DNA of 32,000 nt from Prochlorococcus marinus str. NATL2A. GTDB taxonomy: Bacteria; Cyanobacteriota; Cyanobacteriia; PCC-6307; Cyanobiaceae. Below the pieces are notes generated by a model. That model did not search any database, was not told the origin of the DNA, and saw only the letters and a list, made by a program, of their open reading frames with translations. The stretch lies in contig NC_007335.2 in assembly GCF_000012465.1 (NCBI RefSeq), positions 150,001 through 182,000 of the forward strand, read 5' to 3'. Below, piece by piece: positions 1-8,896 of this stretch. The translations under genes and the position numbers were made by a program. Position 1 is the stretch's first letter. The number at the start of each line of letters is the position of its first letter.

Positions 1-116
1 TAACTAAAAATCCCTTGAGCAAAGAAAGGTTTTTCTTCATTAGAATCGACTGTATCTTTCTCAGTGGAAAGTGATTTGTTGGTCTCAGGAGAATCTAGTA
101 AATTGTTATCTGTCAT
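1..116 (-). CDS. 5' end of an unidentified CDS running off the left edge
   Basis: Reverse-strand ATG at 116-114. The frame stays open to position 1 (MTDNNLLDSPETNKSLSTEKDTVDSNEEKPFFAQGIFS...). No motif recognised, and it is too short to judge coding potential. Confidence 0.3.
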   Translation of the reverse strand, partial: MTDNNLLDSPETNKSLSTEKDTVDSNEEKPFFAQGIFS

Positions 117-147
117 TGAGATTCAGTCTTTAATTTGTCTGAAGTTA

Positions 148-1329
148 CTATGTATTTGATAGTTTTGGCTCTTCAAACTTAAAAGGTACTTCATTATTTG
201 TAGCGTTTATTTGATCAAGCATTAGCTTATTTGCTCTTGGTAGCCATTCTCTAATTAAGGAATCCATAGGTAAGTTGTACCATCTATGAAGACTTGCATT
301 GGGTTTAGCAATAAAACCTCTTCGTTTTTTGTGACTACCTCCTGCTCCAGGGTCAAAATATTTTATTTTATTTGCTATTGCCCACTCAATCGGGGAGTAA
401 TAACAAGCTTCAAAATGTAAATTATCTATATTTTTTTCTGCACCCCAATATCGTCCCCAAAGCATATTTTCGTTTTTCACGCATAAGGACATTCCAATTG
501 TTTTATCAATTCCTTCTTCTTTTGCGTCAAATAAAACAATATTTTCTTTGAGTTCTGTTGATCTAAGTTCAGTGAAAAATGATTCCGTGAGGTATTTACT
601 TCCCCATACTCCCCATCTTGAACAATGAAGCTGATAAAAATAATGCATTTTTTTTAAATTCATTACATTTATTTGAGACCCACTAAGAGCTTCAACTTTT
701 ACTCCACATTTTTTTATGCTTTCTCTTTCTCTCTTAATATTTCTACGTTGATTGGAATTGAATTTTTGTAAAAAATCAGAAAAACTTTTTTCTTCATTCA
801 ATGTCAACAGACTTTGTTGGTTGACCCACTTGGCGCAATTTAGAGATTCAGCTACTTTCATCCATTTAGGATCTACATACAAAAAATTACAACTAAGAAT
901 TCCATTTTGTTTGGCAAAACTATCAATTTCAGAGATTAATATTTGTGTTAGGTCTCTATCATTAACTCCTTCTGCAAAAAGAAAGCGATAACCCTCTATT
1001 GGACTTAATGGACTCATTCCTATTAGCTTGGGGTAATATTGAAGTCCCATATCTTGAGCTAGTTGAACAAAGGCATTATCAAAAATAAATTCTCCATAAC
1101 TATGAGATTTAAGATAGAGAGGTGCACATGCAATTAAATCATTTTCACTCCACGCAGAGAGAAATAATGGTTGCCAACCATATTTTGTACTAACACTTTT
1201 TGATCTTTCTAATGCATTCAACCAATCCCATTTATAAAAAGGAGTTGAATTTCCTTTTAGGAAATTATTCCAAATAATTTTTGGAATTTCTTGGATTGTG
1301 GCATGCCATTTGATTTTTATATTGTTCAT
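148..1329 (-). CDS. FemAB-like / GNAT-fold acyltransferase family protein (DUF482, COG3146-like)
   Basis: 393-aa uninterrupted ORF. N-terminal FYKWDWLNALE and C-terminal YFDPGAGGSHKKRRGF resemble the conserved COG3146 family as I remember it. Function is unknown. Confidence 0.65.
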   Translation of the reverse strand: MNNIKIKWHATIQEIPKIIWNNFLKGNSTPFYKWDWLNALERSKSVSTKYGWQPLFLSAWSENDLIACAPLYLKSHSYGEFIFDNAFVQLAQDMGLQYYPKLIGMSPLSPIEGYRFLFAEGVNDRDLTQILISEIDSFAKQNGILSCNFLYVDPKWMKVAESLNCAKWVNQQSLLTLNEEKSFSDFLQKFNSNQRRNIKRERESIKKCGVKVEALSGSQINVMNLKKMHYFYQLHCSRWGVWGSKYLTESFFTELRSTELKENIVLFDAKEEGIDKTIGMSLCVKNENMLWGRYWGAEKNIDNLHFEACYYSPIEWAIANKIKYFDPGAGGSHKKRRGFIAKPNASLHRWYNLPMDSLIREWLPRANKLMLDQINATNNEVPFKFEEPKLSNT

Positions 1330-1351
1330 TTATTTTATACTAAATCTATAT

Positions 1352-2029
1352 TCAAGATAAATGATTTCTAAAATATCTAATAAGTAATTCGTTATTACCT
1401 AGCTTTTGACTTTCTTTTAGAATCCATTTATTCTTTTTATTCATGATTGTACTTAAGTTCCTTAATTCAGATGAAACCCAGCAGTAATCTCCTCCTATAA
1501 GATGAGGTGTAATCGTGATTTGTAATTCATCTATTAGATTCTCTAAAAGAAAAGCTGAAATAAGATTTGCACCTCCAAGTAATACAATTTTCGCAATTCC
1601 TTTCTGATACAAATCATCAAGAGAATCACGCCAAGTGATTTTTAAATTTATTCTTTTATCGAATCCATCAGGAAGCATAATCTCATTTTTCTTATCTTGC
1701 ATTTGGAGCAACCATCTTTGAAGAGGTTGTTGAAAAAAAAGCCAATTTTCTGGAAAATCTATTTGATTGCTTGCTATAAGAGCAATTGGCTGTTCGTTCT
1801 TGCCTTCTGAAGTTCTTTTTTTTAGTAAGCTTTTATTTTTAATTAAACAAATTGATTGATGATCTCTCAGTGTTTGCCCTCCCATTAAAATCCCATCTGA
1901 CCAAGCAAGTGATTCTTCTAAAACCAAACGATCACCAGATTGACCTAATTGAGTTTTTCCTCCTTCTGGATATGCGATACGTCCATCAATACTAGAAGCT
2001 AAAACTAATTTAACCCATTTTTTTTTCAA
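1352..2029 (-). CDS. Stand-alone RibD C-terminal-domain (DHFR-fold) NADPH-dependent reductase
   Basis: N-terminus LVLASSIDGRIA...GDRLVLEESLAWSDGILMGGQTLRD is typical of the RibD_C / 5-amino-6-ribosylaminouracil reductase fold. There is no deaminase domain. The start is TTG at 2029-2027, directly after the stop of the upstream PTPS gene. Confidence 0.75.
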   Translation of the reverse strand: MKKKWVKLVLASSIDGRIAYPEGGKTQLGQSGDRLVLEESLAWSDGILMGGQTLRDHQSICLIKNKSLLKKRTSEGKNEQPIALIASNQIDFPENWLFFQQPLQRWLLQMQDKKNEIMLPDGFDKRINLKITWRDSLDDLYQKGIAKIVLLGGANLISAFLLENLIDELQITITPHLIGGDYCWVSSELRNLSTIMNKKNKWILKESQKLGNNELLIRYFRNHLS

Positions 2030-2956
2030 TTATCTCAGCAAACGAACCTGATTCTTAGAGTCTTTGGTATCGATTGTTGATTCAGGTACGTTTGCATAAA
2101 CTTCTGCAGCATTATTAGGACTTTCCTGTAGTTTTATCTTATATAAATTAGCCCCAATCGCATTAATTGGATTAGTTAATTTATCTGAAATGTGTAATGC
2201 AATATTTTCAGCTGTAGGTACACAATTTGCAAAATAAGGAATGTCTTTATTTAAAAAGGTATGATCAAAAGGTTCTACAACTAAATCATTTATTAAACTA
2301 TTTAATGCAGATAAATCACATATCATTCCAGTTCTAGGATTAATCTTCCCTTTGACAGTTATATCTACTAAGTAATTGTGACCATGTCCATTAGGTCGAG
2401 CACATTTTCCGAATATTTTTTCGTTTTCGGTTTGAGGTAGGTCTTCTCTGGCTAAGCGATGAGCAGCTGAAAAGTGTGTTTGAACTGTTAAATAAGCATC
2501 CATAGCATTTCCTTGATAGTCAGCCCAGAGTTTTGGGTTTTCGTAAAGACGAAGAGATTTTAGGGGTAAGTGAGATTTAAGGCGCTCCCATATAATACGA
2601 ACTAAACTTTCAGTTGTGGGCAAGCAACCTTCGGGTTTAGAAAGGTCAAACTCAGGCCATGTGTCATTTAAAAAACGAAAGTCAAGCTGACTTGTTACTT
2701 CATTTTTTATGGCATGTTTTACATCTGAAAGGTTTAAGACCATGCCATATTTATTAAGATCTCCTTCCATGGTTACGATTAACTCGTAATTATGTCCGTG
2801 GCCAGGAGCTATTGAGCATGGGCCAAACAAAGCTGAATTATCATCATCAGATAATTCAGGAAGCCTATAAAGGTGGCTTGCGCTAAAGCAGGCTCGCCTT
2901 GTAATTACACAGGTTCTCCCCTCTCCGTGAGGGAAATTCGATGTGATTGCTTCCAT
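2030..2956 (-). CDS. Tandem-domain 6-pyruvoyl-tetrahydropterin synthase (two PTPS/COG0720 domains in one chain)
   Basis: Two copies of the PTPS signature are present. One is FSASHLY...GPCSIAPGHGHNY...LDFRFLN...PTTES. The other is FSAAHRL...GKCARPNGHGHNY...FDHTFLN...PTAEN. The second closely resembles mammalian PTPS (GKCNNPNGHGHNY). Confidence 0.85.
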   Translation of the reverse strand: MEAITSNFPHGEGRTCVITRRACFSASHLYRLPELSDDDNSALFGPCSIAPGHGHNYELIVTMEGDLNKYGMVLNLSDVKHAIKNEVTSQLDFRFLNDTWPEFDLSKPEGCLPTTESLVRIIWERLKSHLPLKSLRLYENPKLWADYQGNAMDAYLTVQTHFSAAHRLAREDLPQTENEKIFGKCARPNGHGHNYLVDITVKGKINPRTGMICDLSALNSLINDLVVEPFDHTFLNKDIPYFANCVPTAENIALHISDKLTNPINAIGANLYKIKLQESPNNAAEVYANVPESTIDTKDSKNQVRLLR

Positions 2957-3008
2957 AAATTTTTCACATCAACATACATCTTAATAACTTTTAGTTACTT
3001 CTGTCTTT

Positions 3009-3605
3009 ATGGCTGTCCAATCAACCCCTAAAACTCTTAAAGAAAAGTTAGGTGGTCGAAATATATTTTTGATAGGAATGATGGGTTCTGGCAAAAGTCA
3101 AACGGGTCCAGTTCTAGCAAAAATGATCAATTATGCTTTTGTTGATACTGATGATGTTATAGAAAAAGCGTCTAAACAATCTATTTCATCTATTTTTGAA
3201 AAAGATGGAGAAAAAGTCTTTAGGGATGTTGAAAAAAAAGTTTTAAAAGAAATTAGTCAACATCATTCTCTTGTAATTGCGACCGGAGGTGGTTTAGTTA
3301 CCTTGCCTGAAAACTGGGGCATTCTTCATCAAGGAATAGTTATTTGGTTAGATCTTGATTTGAGACGTTCAATTAAACGATTAGAAAGTGATCACAAGAG
3401 ACGCCCTTTACTACTTGGAGATAATTTAGCTGAGAATTTTAGTCAGATTTATGAAAGTAGAAAACCAATATATTTAGAGTCAGATTTGAGAATAGAAGTT
3501 GAGGATCAATCACCATATGAGGTCGCTACTATGGTTGCTGAACATTTGCAAAGCATCCTTATCGACCAGGAGCCTCAAGCCGAACGGCATACCACTGAAT
3601 TGTAA
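3009..3605 (+). CDS. aroK: Shikimate kinase
   Basis: Walker A GMMGSGKS, followed by DTD and ATGGG motifs. Size is ~190 aa. Confidence 0.9.
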   Translation: MAVQSTPKTLKEKLGGRNIFLIGMMGSGKSQTGPVLAKMINYAFVDTDDVIEKASKQSISSIFEKDGEKVFRDVEKKVLKEISQHHSLVIATGGGLVTLPENWGILHQGIVIWLDLDLRRSIKRLESDHKRRPLLLGDNLAENFSQIYESRKPIYLESDLRIEVEDQSPYEVATMVAEHLQSILIDQEPQAERHTTEL

Positions 3606-3822
3606 AACCTGTTTTGATTTCTAGGTCGCAGGCTGTATCAAGTAAATGTTGAGCCGCTTCTGCTATTGAAGACTTACAGTCAAGATCCAATGGTAATGAA
3701 TCGAATTTATTTAACCAAGATTGAAGCCATAAAAGAGTTTGTTCTTTATCCAGGAATTGTTCACTTTCGCCAGGAACCAAAACAACATAATTATCCATTT
3801 CTCTAATTAAAGGATCAGACAT
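3559..3822 (-). CDS. Small conserved hypothetical protein (87 aa)
   Basis: Open frame in an AT-rich genome with non-repetitive composition. It fills what would otherwise be a 215-nt gap. Its 3' end overlaps the aroK 3' end by 47 nt. An alternative start is at M9 (3798). Confidence 0.5.
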   Translation of the reverse strand: MSDPLIREMDNYVVLVPGESEQFLDKEQTLLWLQSWLNKFDSLPLDLDCKSSIAEAAQHLLDTACDLEIKTGFTIQWYAVRLEAPGR

Positions 3823-4552
3823 GAGACAGAAATTTTTCTTTTTTTTAATTTCTATTTTAATTGTTTTTACTTACACAGTTTCTGCACTTGCTGAAAGTAG
3901 CCTTGAAATAAATAATTTTCAACGATCTAAGCTTTACGAACGCAAATCAATCTGGCCTGATTGGCGCCTTCCATCTTCCATTAAGCGCCCAGGATTGAAA
4001 GATGATTTAATTTACCCTGATTGGTTTGAAGGTGTATGGGATGTTACTAGCGAGATAGAAAGTGATCAGAATCAAGAACCTATTATTCATTCCGCTAAAT
4101 TTATTCACAATACTTCTGGTGATTTAATAGCTGACCGTGAATACAACACTAAGTCTTATGCTTTGAGCACAAAGACTGGTGGTTTTTTATCAGTAAAGAA
4201 TGATCCTAAATCTCCTAATCGTCAGTTTGCTAAATTAACCGAAGATAGGTATTTAGAGACAAAGATTATAGGAAGACTGCAAGAAAAAATAGACAATAAT
4301 ATTTTTATTACTGATGAATTAATTTTACAAATTTTTCATACACCAGAATTTAGCAGGGTTAGCCAGGTCGAAACATTAACTGAATTTAAAAAATGTGGAT
4401 CTATTCAAAATAATAAAATAAATATGAGTGATTTTAATATTTGTGGAGAACAATTTCAGGCGATTTATAATCAACCTGGGCAAAATCTGATTTCTTTGCC
4501 AATTAAAACAGAGAAATCCAAATTAATACTTAGAAAGACTAATGATGATTAG
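3821..4552 (+). CDS. Hypothetical exported/lumenal protein with N-terminal signal peptide
   Basis: MRQKFFFFLISILIVFTYTVSALA-ES is a classic signal peptide with an A-x-A cleavage site. No catalytic motif recognised. Confidence 0.6.
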   Translation: MRQKFFFFLISILIVFTYTVSALAESSLEINNFQRSKLYERKSIWPDWRLPSSIKRPGLKDDLIYPDWFEGVWDVTSEIESDQNQEPIIHSAKFIHNTSGDLIADREYNTKSYALSTKTGGFLSVKNDPKSPNRQFAKLTEDRYLETKIIGRLQEKIDNNIFITDELILQIFHTPEFSRVSQVETLTEFKKCGSIQNNKINMSDFNICGEQFQAIYNQPGQNLISLPIKTEKSKLILRKTNDD

Positions 4553-5273
4553 TTATTGCTAATTGATCTTCAATGAAGTCTCTCCATTTAAAAAGATTTT
4601 GCAGACTTGGATCTTTTACATATATAGAACAACCTTGGCCAGTTAGATTTTCTCCAGATGAATTTGGAAATTTGAGTAGTGATAAGTGTGATGCTACAGA
4701 AATATCAGCAATAGAAAGCTTGTCTCCAATAAGAAAGTTTTCTTGATTAATTAAATTTGATAGGTTTTCTAGATTTAATGTTAGAGATTCTTTTTCTTTC
4801 TGGTTTATTAATCCAGAAATTTGACTAGCAATCTTTGTAGGAATATTAAAAAGAGGTTTTTGCATAGAATCCGAAATTTTATTTGAGAATAAAGAGGAAA
4901 TCAATTTTGGATTCTTCGACAGCTCTTCCAAAAAGACAATTTTTATAGATTTTGCCAAAGTTGTATCTGCCCAATTCTCAATTATTTGGACTTGAGAGGC
5001 TTCCTTTAGACCCTCTGGAATTAATTTTGGTTCTATTTCAATTTTCTCTAAGTGTCGTATTATTGAGCTTGAATCATGGATTATTGTTTCGTTATCAAAA
5101 AGCACGGGTAATTTTTTTTGTCCTGTTTTTTGAAAGATATCTATTTGCCCAACGGCTGGAGTTATCTCAACGGTTCGATATGCAAGCTTTTTTGCAGCCA
5201 AAGCCATTCTTACTTTCAAGCAATAAGGTGAGTGCCTAAATTGATGAAGTTCCAACATTTTAGGTTCCTTCAA
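4539..5273 (-). CDS. Glutathione S-transferase / Grx2-like family protein
   Basis: N-terminal thioredoxin-like beta-alpha-beta with an SPYC motif (LHQFRHSPYCLKVRMAL), then KLPVL...I.DSS and a helical C-terminal domain. Confidence 0.7.
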   Translation of the reverse strand: MKEPKMLELHQFRHSPYCLKVRMALAAKKLAYRTVEITPAVGQIDIFQKTGQKKLPVLFDNETIIHDSSSIIRHLEKIEIEPKLIPEGLKEASQVQIIENWADTTLAKSIKIVFLEELSKNPKLISSLFSNKISDSMQKPLFNIPTKIASQISGLINQKEKESLTLNLENLSNLINQENFLIGDKLSIADISVASHLSLLKFPNSSGENLTGQGCSIYVKDPSLQNLFKWRDFIEDQLAITNHH

Positions 5274-5318
5274 ATGGTTAGCAGAGTAGCTATTAATTCA
5301 GTCTTTTGGTGGTGAAAA

Positions 5319-5525
5319 ATGGGTGAGTTTTTTTCTAATGTTTCTAGATATCCAAAATATCTCATCACGATAGTCTTGGGGGTTTTCACAGCTGCAATTT
5401 CTCCATTAATTAAACGAGGTAGTAATCCGATCACAGCGATTGCTCTCGTTGGGGCGTTGTTAAGCGGACTTCTGACAATAGGTTTCTTATTAAAGGCTAT
5501 GGCTTTTCCTCAAGCAATTACTTAG
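5319..5525 (+). CDS. Ycf33/DUF751-like small membrane protein
   Basis: 68 aa. [20 protein letters not shown] resembles the Ycf33 N-terminus. Two hydrophobic helices are predicted by eye. Confidence 0.55.
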
Positions 5526-5527
5526 TT

Positions 5528-5899
5528 ATGGCCAATTCAAGAAGGGTTGAAAAATTAGCAGCTTTACTAAAAAGAGAAGTTAGTGAGCTTTTAGTTAATG
5601 GGATTAGAGATGAAAGAATTCATCAAGCTATGATTACCATTACATCTGTTGAAGTTTCAGGTGATTTACAGCATGCAAAAATTTTTATCAGTCTTTTTGG
5701 TGAAGAGAAAAAAAAGGATGAAGTATTAGTTGGTTTAGAGGAAGCAAAGGGATTTATTCGTGCTGAGCTTGCTCAAAGACTTCAAATGAGAAGATCTCCT
5801 GAGCTTGTATTTAAGATTGATAAAGGTATGACAAAAGGTCCTGCAGTTTTAGATCTTCTCAATGCATTAGAACTGGAACGTAAAAGTAAAGACTTATAG
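5528..5899 (+). CDS. rbfA: Ribosome-binding factor A
   Basis: [18 protein letters not shown]...[16 protein letters not shown]...[13 protein letters not shown] matches the RbfA KH-like pattern. It starts 2 nt after the upstream gene. Confidence 0.85.
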
Positions 5900-5913
5900 A
5901 TCAATCAAAATTC

Positions 5914-7551
5914 TTGATGAATAAATCTGATCTTAGAAGACAAGTAGCTGAATTATTTATAGTTCGAGCAAGTGGATTTAATCTTGATTCGCAACGTCTA
6001 TACCCTAACTTAGAGGAATCTAATTCAAATCTAAAAAGACTTTTAGAAGAAGGTGTTGGTGGAGTTATTGTTCTAGGGGGAACTGTAAAAGAATTAGAAA
6101 TTCGTTGCAATATCTTGAAAAAATGGTCTGGTAGACCTCTTCTTTTATGTGCTGACATTGAGGAAGGTGTTGGTCAAAGATTTTATGGAGGAACAAAGTT
6201 TGTTCCTCCAATGGGTATTGCTCAGATTTATAAAAAAGATCAAACTTTAGCAATTTCTATTGCTGAGAAAATTGGTTATTTTACTGGTAAAGAAGCAAAA
6301 AAAATTGGTTTAAATTGGCTATTAGCCCCAGTCTGTGATATTAATAACAATCCAAATAACCCAGTTATAAATCTAAGAGCTTGGGGAGAAGAGCCTGAAA
6401 CAGTAAAAAGTTTAACTTCTGCTTTTCAGCGGGGTGTTTCTAGATCAAAAATGCTGACTTGTGCAAAACATTTTCCTGGTCATGGAAATTCTGAAGTTGA
6501 CTCTCACTTGGATTTACCAGAAATACATCATGACTTATCTAAATTAGAGAAATTTGAGTTAATTCCATTTAAGTCTTTAATCAATCAAGGAGTAAATAGT
6601 GTCATGATCGGGCATTTACTTTTTCCAAAGATTGATCCTATTTTTCCTGCAACACTTTCAAAAAGAGTGGTTACCGATTTGTTACGTATCAAATTTAAAT
6701 ACGATGGTTTAGTTGTCAGTGATGCCTTAGTTATGAATGCAATAACAAATAAATATAGTAGTGGTAAGGCTGCAGTTATGGCATTTGATGCAGGAATTGA
6801 TTTGATTATGATGCCAAAAGATATTGATGAGGCAATAGATTCTCTTACCGATGCTTTTTATTCAGGAAAAATTTCTTTAGAAAGGTTAAATATATCTAGA
6901 GAAAGAAGAAAAAAACAACTTGATTTAGTTAGCAACGAAGCGGATTTCAAAAAAGAAGATTTGAACAATGAAGATATTAAAAATAAATTTTTATTGGATG
7001 CCTCTAAATTTAGTAATTCTATAATAAAAAGTTCAATTTTTGTCCGAGAAGAAAGTACTATAAAAGCTGAATATAATGATATAAATCTTATACAAATTGA
7101 TAATTTTGATCAAGTAGCTAATAAATTTATTCCTGCATTAGATTTCCCTAAGGCAGTAGGTTTTAAAAATTTAATTATACATCCACTTGGTATCAGTCCG
7201 TGGGGAAAAACTAATAAGAATTTTTTAGAACTGGGGCAATTTAGTAATAGTAAGATTCTTGTTCAGCTTTTTGTGAGAGGTAAACCATTTATTGGATTAG
7301 ATTATCATAATGATCATTGGATAGACACTATAGAAAAATTAGAATTTGAGCAAAGATTATCAGGAATTATAATATATGGGTGTCCATATTTATTTGATAA
7401 AATAAAAAAAACTATTCATAAAAATATTCCTTTAGCTTATAGCCCTAGTCAAACAGAGGAAGCACAAAATCAAATTTTAAGTCGTATTTTGCAATCAAAA
7501 ACAACTCAAAAGGAAATTGATAAAGAATCAAGCATAGAATTTACTGATTGA
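5914..7551 (+). CDS. nagZ: Glycoside hydrolase family 3 beta-N-acetylhexosaminidase (NagZ-like) with ~200-aa C-terminal domain
   Basis: KHFPGHGNSEVDSHLDLP (the GH3/NagZ Asp-His region) and the VVSDAL motif. The C-terminal ~200 aa is unassigned and may be a degenerate GH3 C-domain. Confidence 0.75.
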   Translation: MMNKSDLRRQVAELFIVRASGFNLDSQRLYPNLEESNSNLKRLLEEGVGGVIVLGGTVKELEIRCNILKKWSGRPLLLCADIEEGVGQRFYGGTKFVPPMGIAQIYKKDQTLAISIAEKIGYFTGKEAKKIGLNWLLAPVCDINNNPNNPVINLRAWGEEPETVKSLTSAFQRGVSRSKMLTCAKHFPGHGNSEVDSHLDLPEIHHDLSKLEKFELIPFKSLINQGVNSVMIGHLLFPKIDPIFPATLSKRVVTDLLRIKFKYDGLVVSDALVMNAITNKYSSGKAAVMAFDAGIDLIMMPKDIDEAIDSLTDAFYSGKISLERLNISRERRKKQLDLVSNEADFKKEDLNNEDIKNKFLLDASKFSNSIIKSSIFVREESTIKAEYNDINLIQIDNFDQVANKFIPALDFPKAVGFKNLIIHPLGISPWGKTNKNFLELGQFSNSKILVQLFVRGKPFIGLDYHNDHWIDTIEKLEFEQRLSGIIIYGCPYLFDKIKKTIHKNIPLAYSPSQTEEAQNQILSRILQSKTTQKEIDKESSIEFTD

Positions 7552-7637
7552 AAATTGTTTGATAGAAAATTTAGTCTTTAAGAAAAAGCTTATTATTATT
7601 TAAGTGAATACATAGTTATTCTTTAGACTTCCTAAGA

Positions 7638-8438
7638 ATGAAGCATACAGAAATGTCTTTAACCGACAAGAAGATAATTATTACTCGTGCCCAAGAACAG
7701 ACTTCAGAGGCTCGTAAGATCTTTAGAAAAAATGGAGCTGAGGTATTTGATCTTCCTTCATTAGTTATTGGACCTCCTGATGACTGGGCTCCTTTGGATG
7801 ATGCTTTAAAGAAAATCTCAACCTTTGATTGGATTATCTTTTCTAGCGCAAATGGTGTTAGAAATGTTGAAGATAGAATGAGAGAAATTGGATTATCTTT
7901 GTCGAAAATTTCTAAGACTATTCAAATTGCTGCTGTAGGAAGAAAAACAGCTTCTTTGTTATCAGATATGGATGCAGAGATTAGTTTTGTTCCTCCTAGT
8001 TTTGTTGCAGATAGCTTGCTTGAATATTTCCCTCAGAATCAAAAAGGTTTAAAATTATTTATTCCAAGAGTACAAACCGGCGGCAGATCAATATTATCTG
8101 ACTCTTTCAGGTTAAACGGAGCAGAGGTTACTGAAGTAGCTGCTTATGAATCTTCTTGTCCTAAAGATGTACCTCAAAAGACTATAGAAGCTTTGAAGAG
8201 TGGAGAAATAGATATTATTGCTTTTACTAGTGGTAAAACAGTAATAAATACTGTTAGCTTATTTAATAAATACTTTGGTGGAAATTGGTTTAAATTGATT
8301 GAAAAGATTAAACTTGTTTCGATTGGACCTCAAACAACTATTAGTTGTAAAAAACTTATTAGAAAACCTGATAAAGAGGCTGAACCTCATGATCTAGAAG
8401 GATTATTAAATGCTTGCCTAGAACTAAAATTTAATTAA
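7638..8438 (+). CDS. hemD: Uroporphyrinogen-III synthase
   Basis: Two-lobed HEM4-like pattern (IIITRAQEQ...WIIFSSANGV...IAAVGRKTA...IAFTSGKTV...SIGPQT). Confidence 0.75.
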   Translation: MKHTEMSLTDKKIIITRAQEQTSEARKIFRKNGAEVFDLPSLVIGPPDDWAPLDDALKKISTFDWIIFSSANGVRNVEDRMREIGLSLSKISKTIQIAAVGRKTASLLSDMDAEISFVPPSFVADSLLEYFPQNQKGLKLFIPRVQTGGRSILSDSFRLNGAEVTEVAAYESSCPKDVPQKTIEALKSGEIDIIAFTSGKTVINTVSLFNKYFGGNWFKLIEKIKLVSIGPQTTISCKKLIRKPDKEAEPHDLEGLLNACLELKFN

Positions 8439-8440
8439 AT

Positions 8441-8893
8441 TCAAGCTGATTTTTCTACGAGTTCTTTAAACCCGTCAAGATTTTTCTGTAATTCTTTTGT
8501 GACCATCCCTCCAAGAATATTTGCTTTCATTAGATTTGCTAAAACTTGAGGCAATTCATAAGATATTTTTAATTTAACTACAGTTTTAGAGCTCTCTTCA
8601 TTATAAAACCGTACTGCCCCCTTAGTAGGTAAACCACCAACTGATTTCCATTCCAATTTCTCTGCTTCTACTCTTTCTGTGATTTGAGCTTTCCATTTAA
8701 AACGAAAGCCATTAGCTGCAAGTGTCCACTCTGTTAAATCAGGAAGCGTAGAGGTTTTTTGATCGACTGCCTTAACCGACTCAATCCAAGTCATCCACAA
8801 AGGCATCGAATCTAAATCACTCCAAAACTTCCAAACAAGTTCAACTGGAGCATGAATTTCAGTTATCACTGTGTGATCAAGCCACTTTCCCAT
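8441..8893 (-). CDS. SRPBCC (polyketide cyclase/dehydrase, COQ10-like) lipid-binding protein
   Basis: 150 aa with the W-rich START/Bet v1-like pattern (VWKFWSDLDSMPLWM...W...F.W). It lies immediately downstream of crtQ on the same strand. Confidence 0.65.
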   Translation of the reverse strand: MGKWLDHTVITEIHAPVELVWKFWSDLDSMPLWMTWIESVKAVDQKTSTLPDLTEWTLAANGFRFKWKAQITERVEAEKLEWKSVGGLPTKGAVRFYNEESSKTVVKLKISYELPQVLANLMKANILGGMVTKELQKNLDGFKELVEKSA

Positions 8894-8896
8894 TTC

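Noticed and set aside
4952-5239. 95-aa ORF antisense to the GST-like gene
   Set aside because: It is a shadow ORF inside a CDS that has clear GST/Grx2 motifs. Its L/F-rich composition is consistent with antisense translation.
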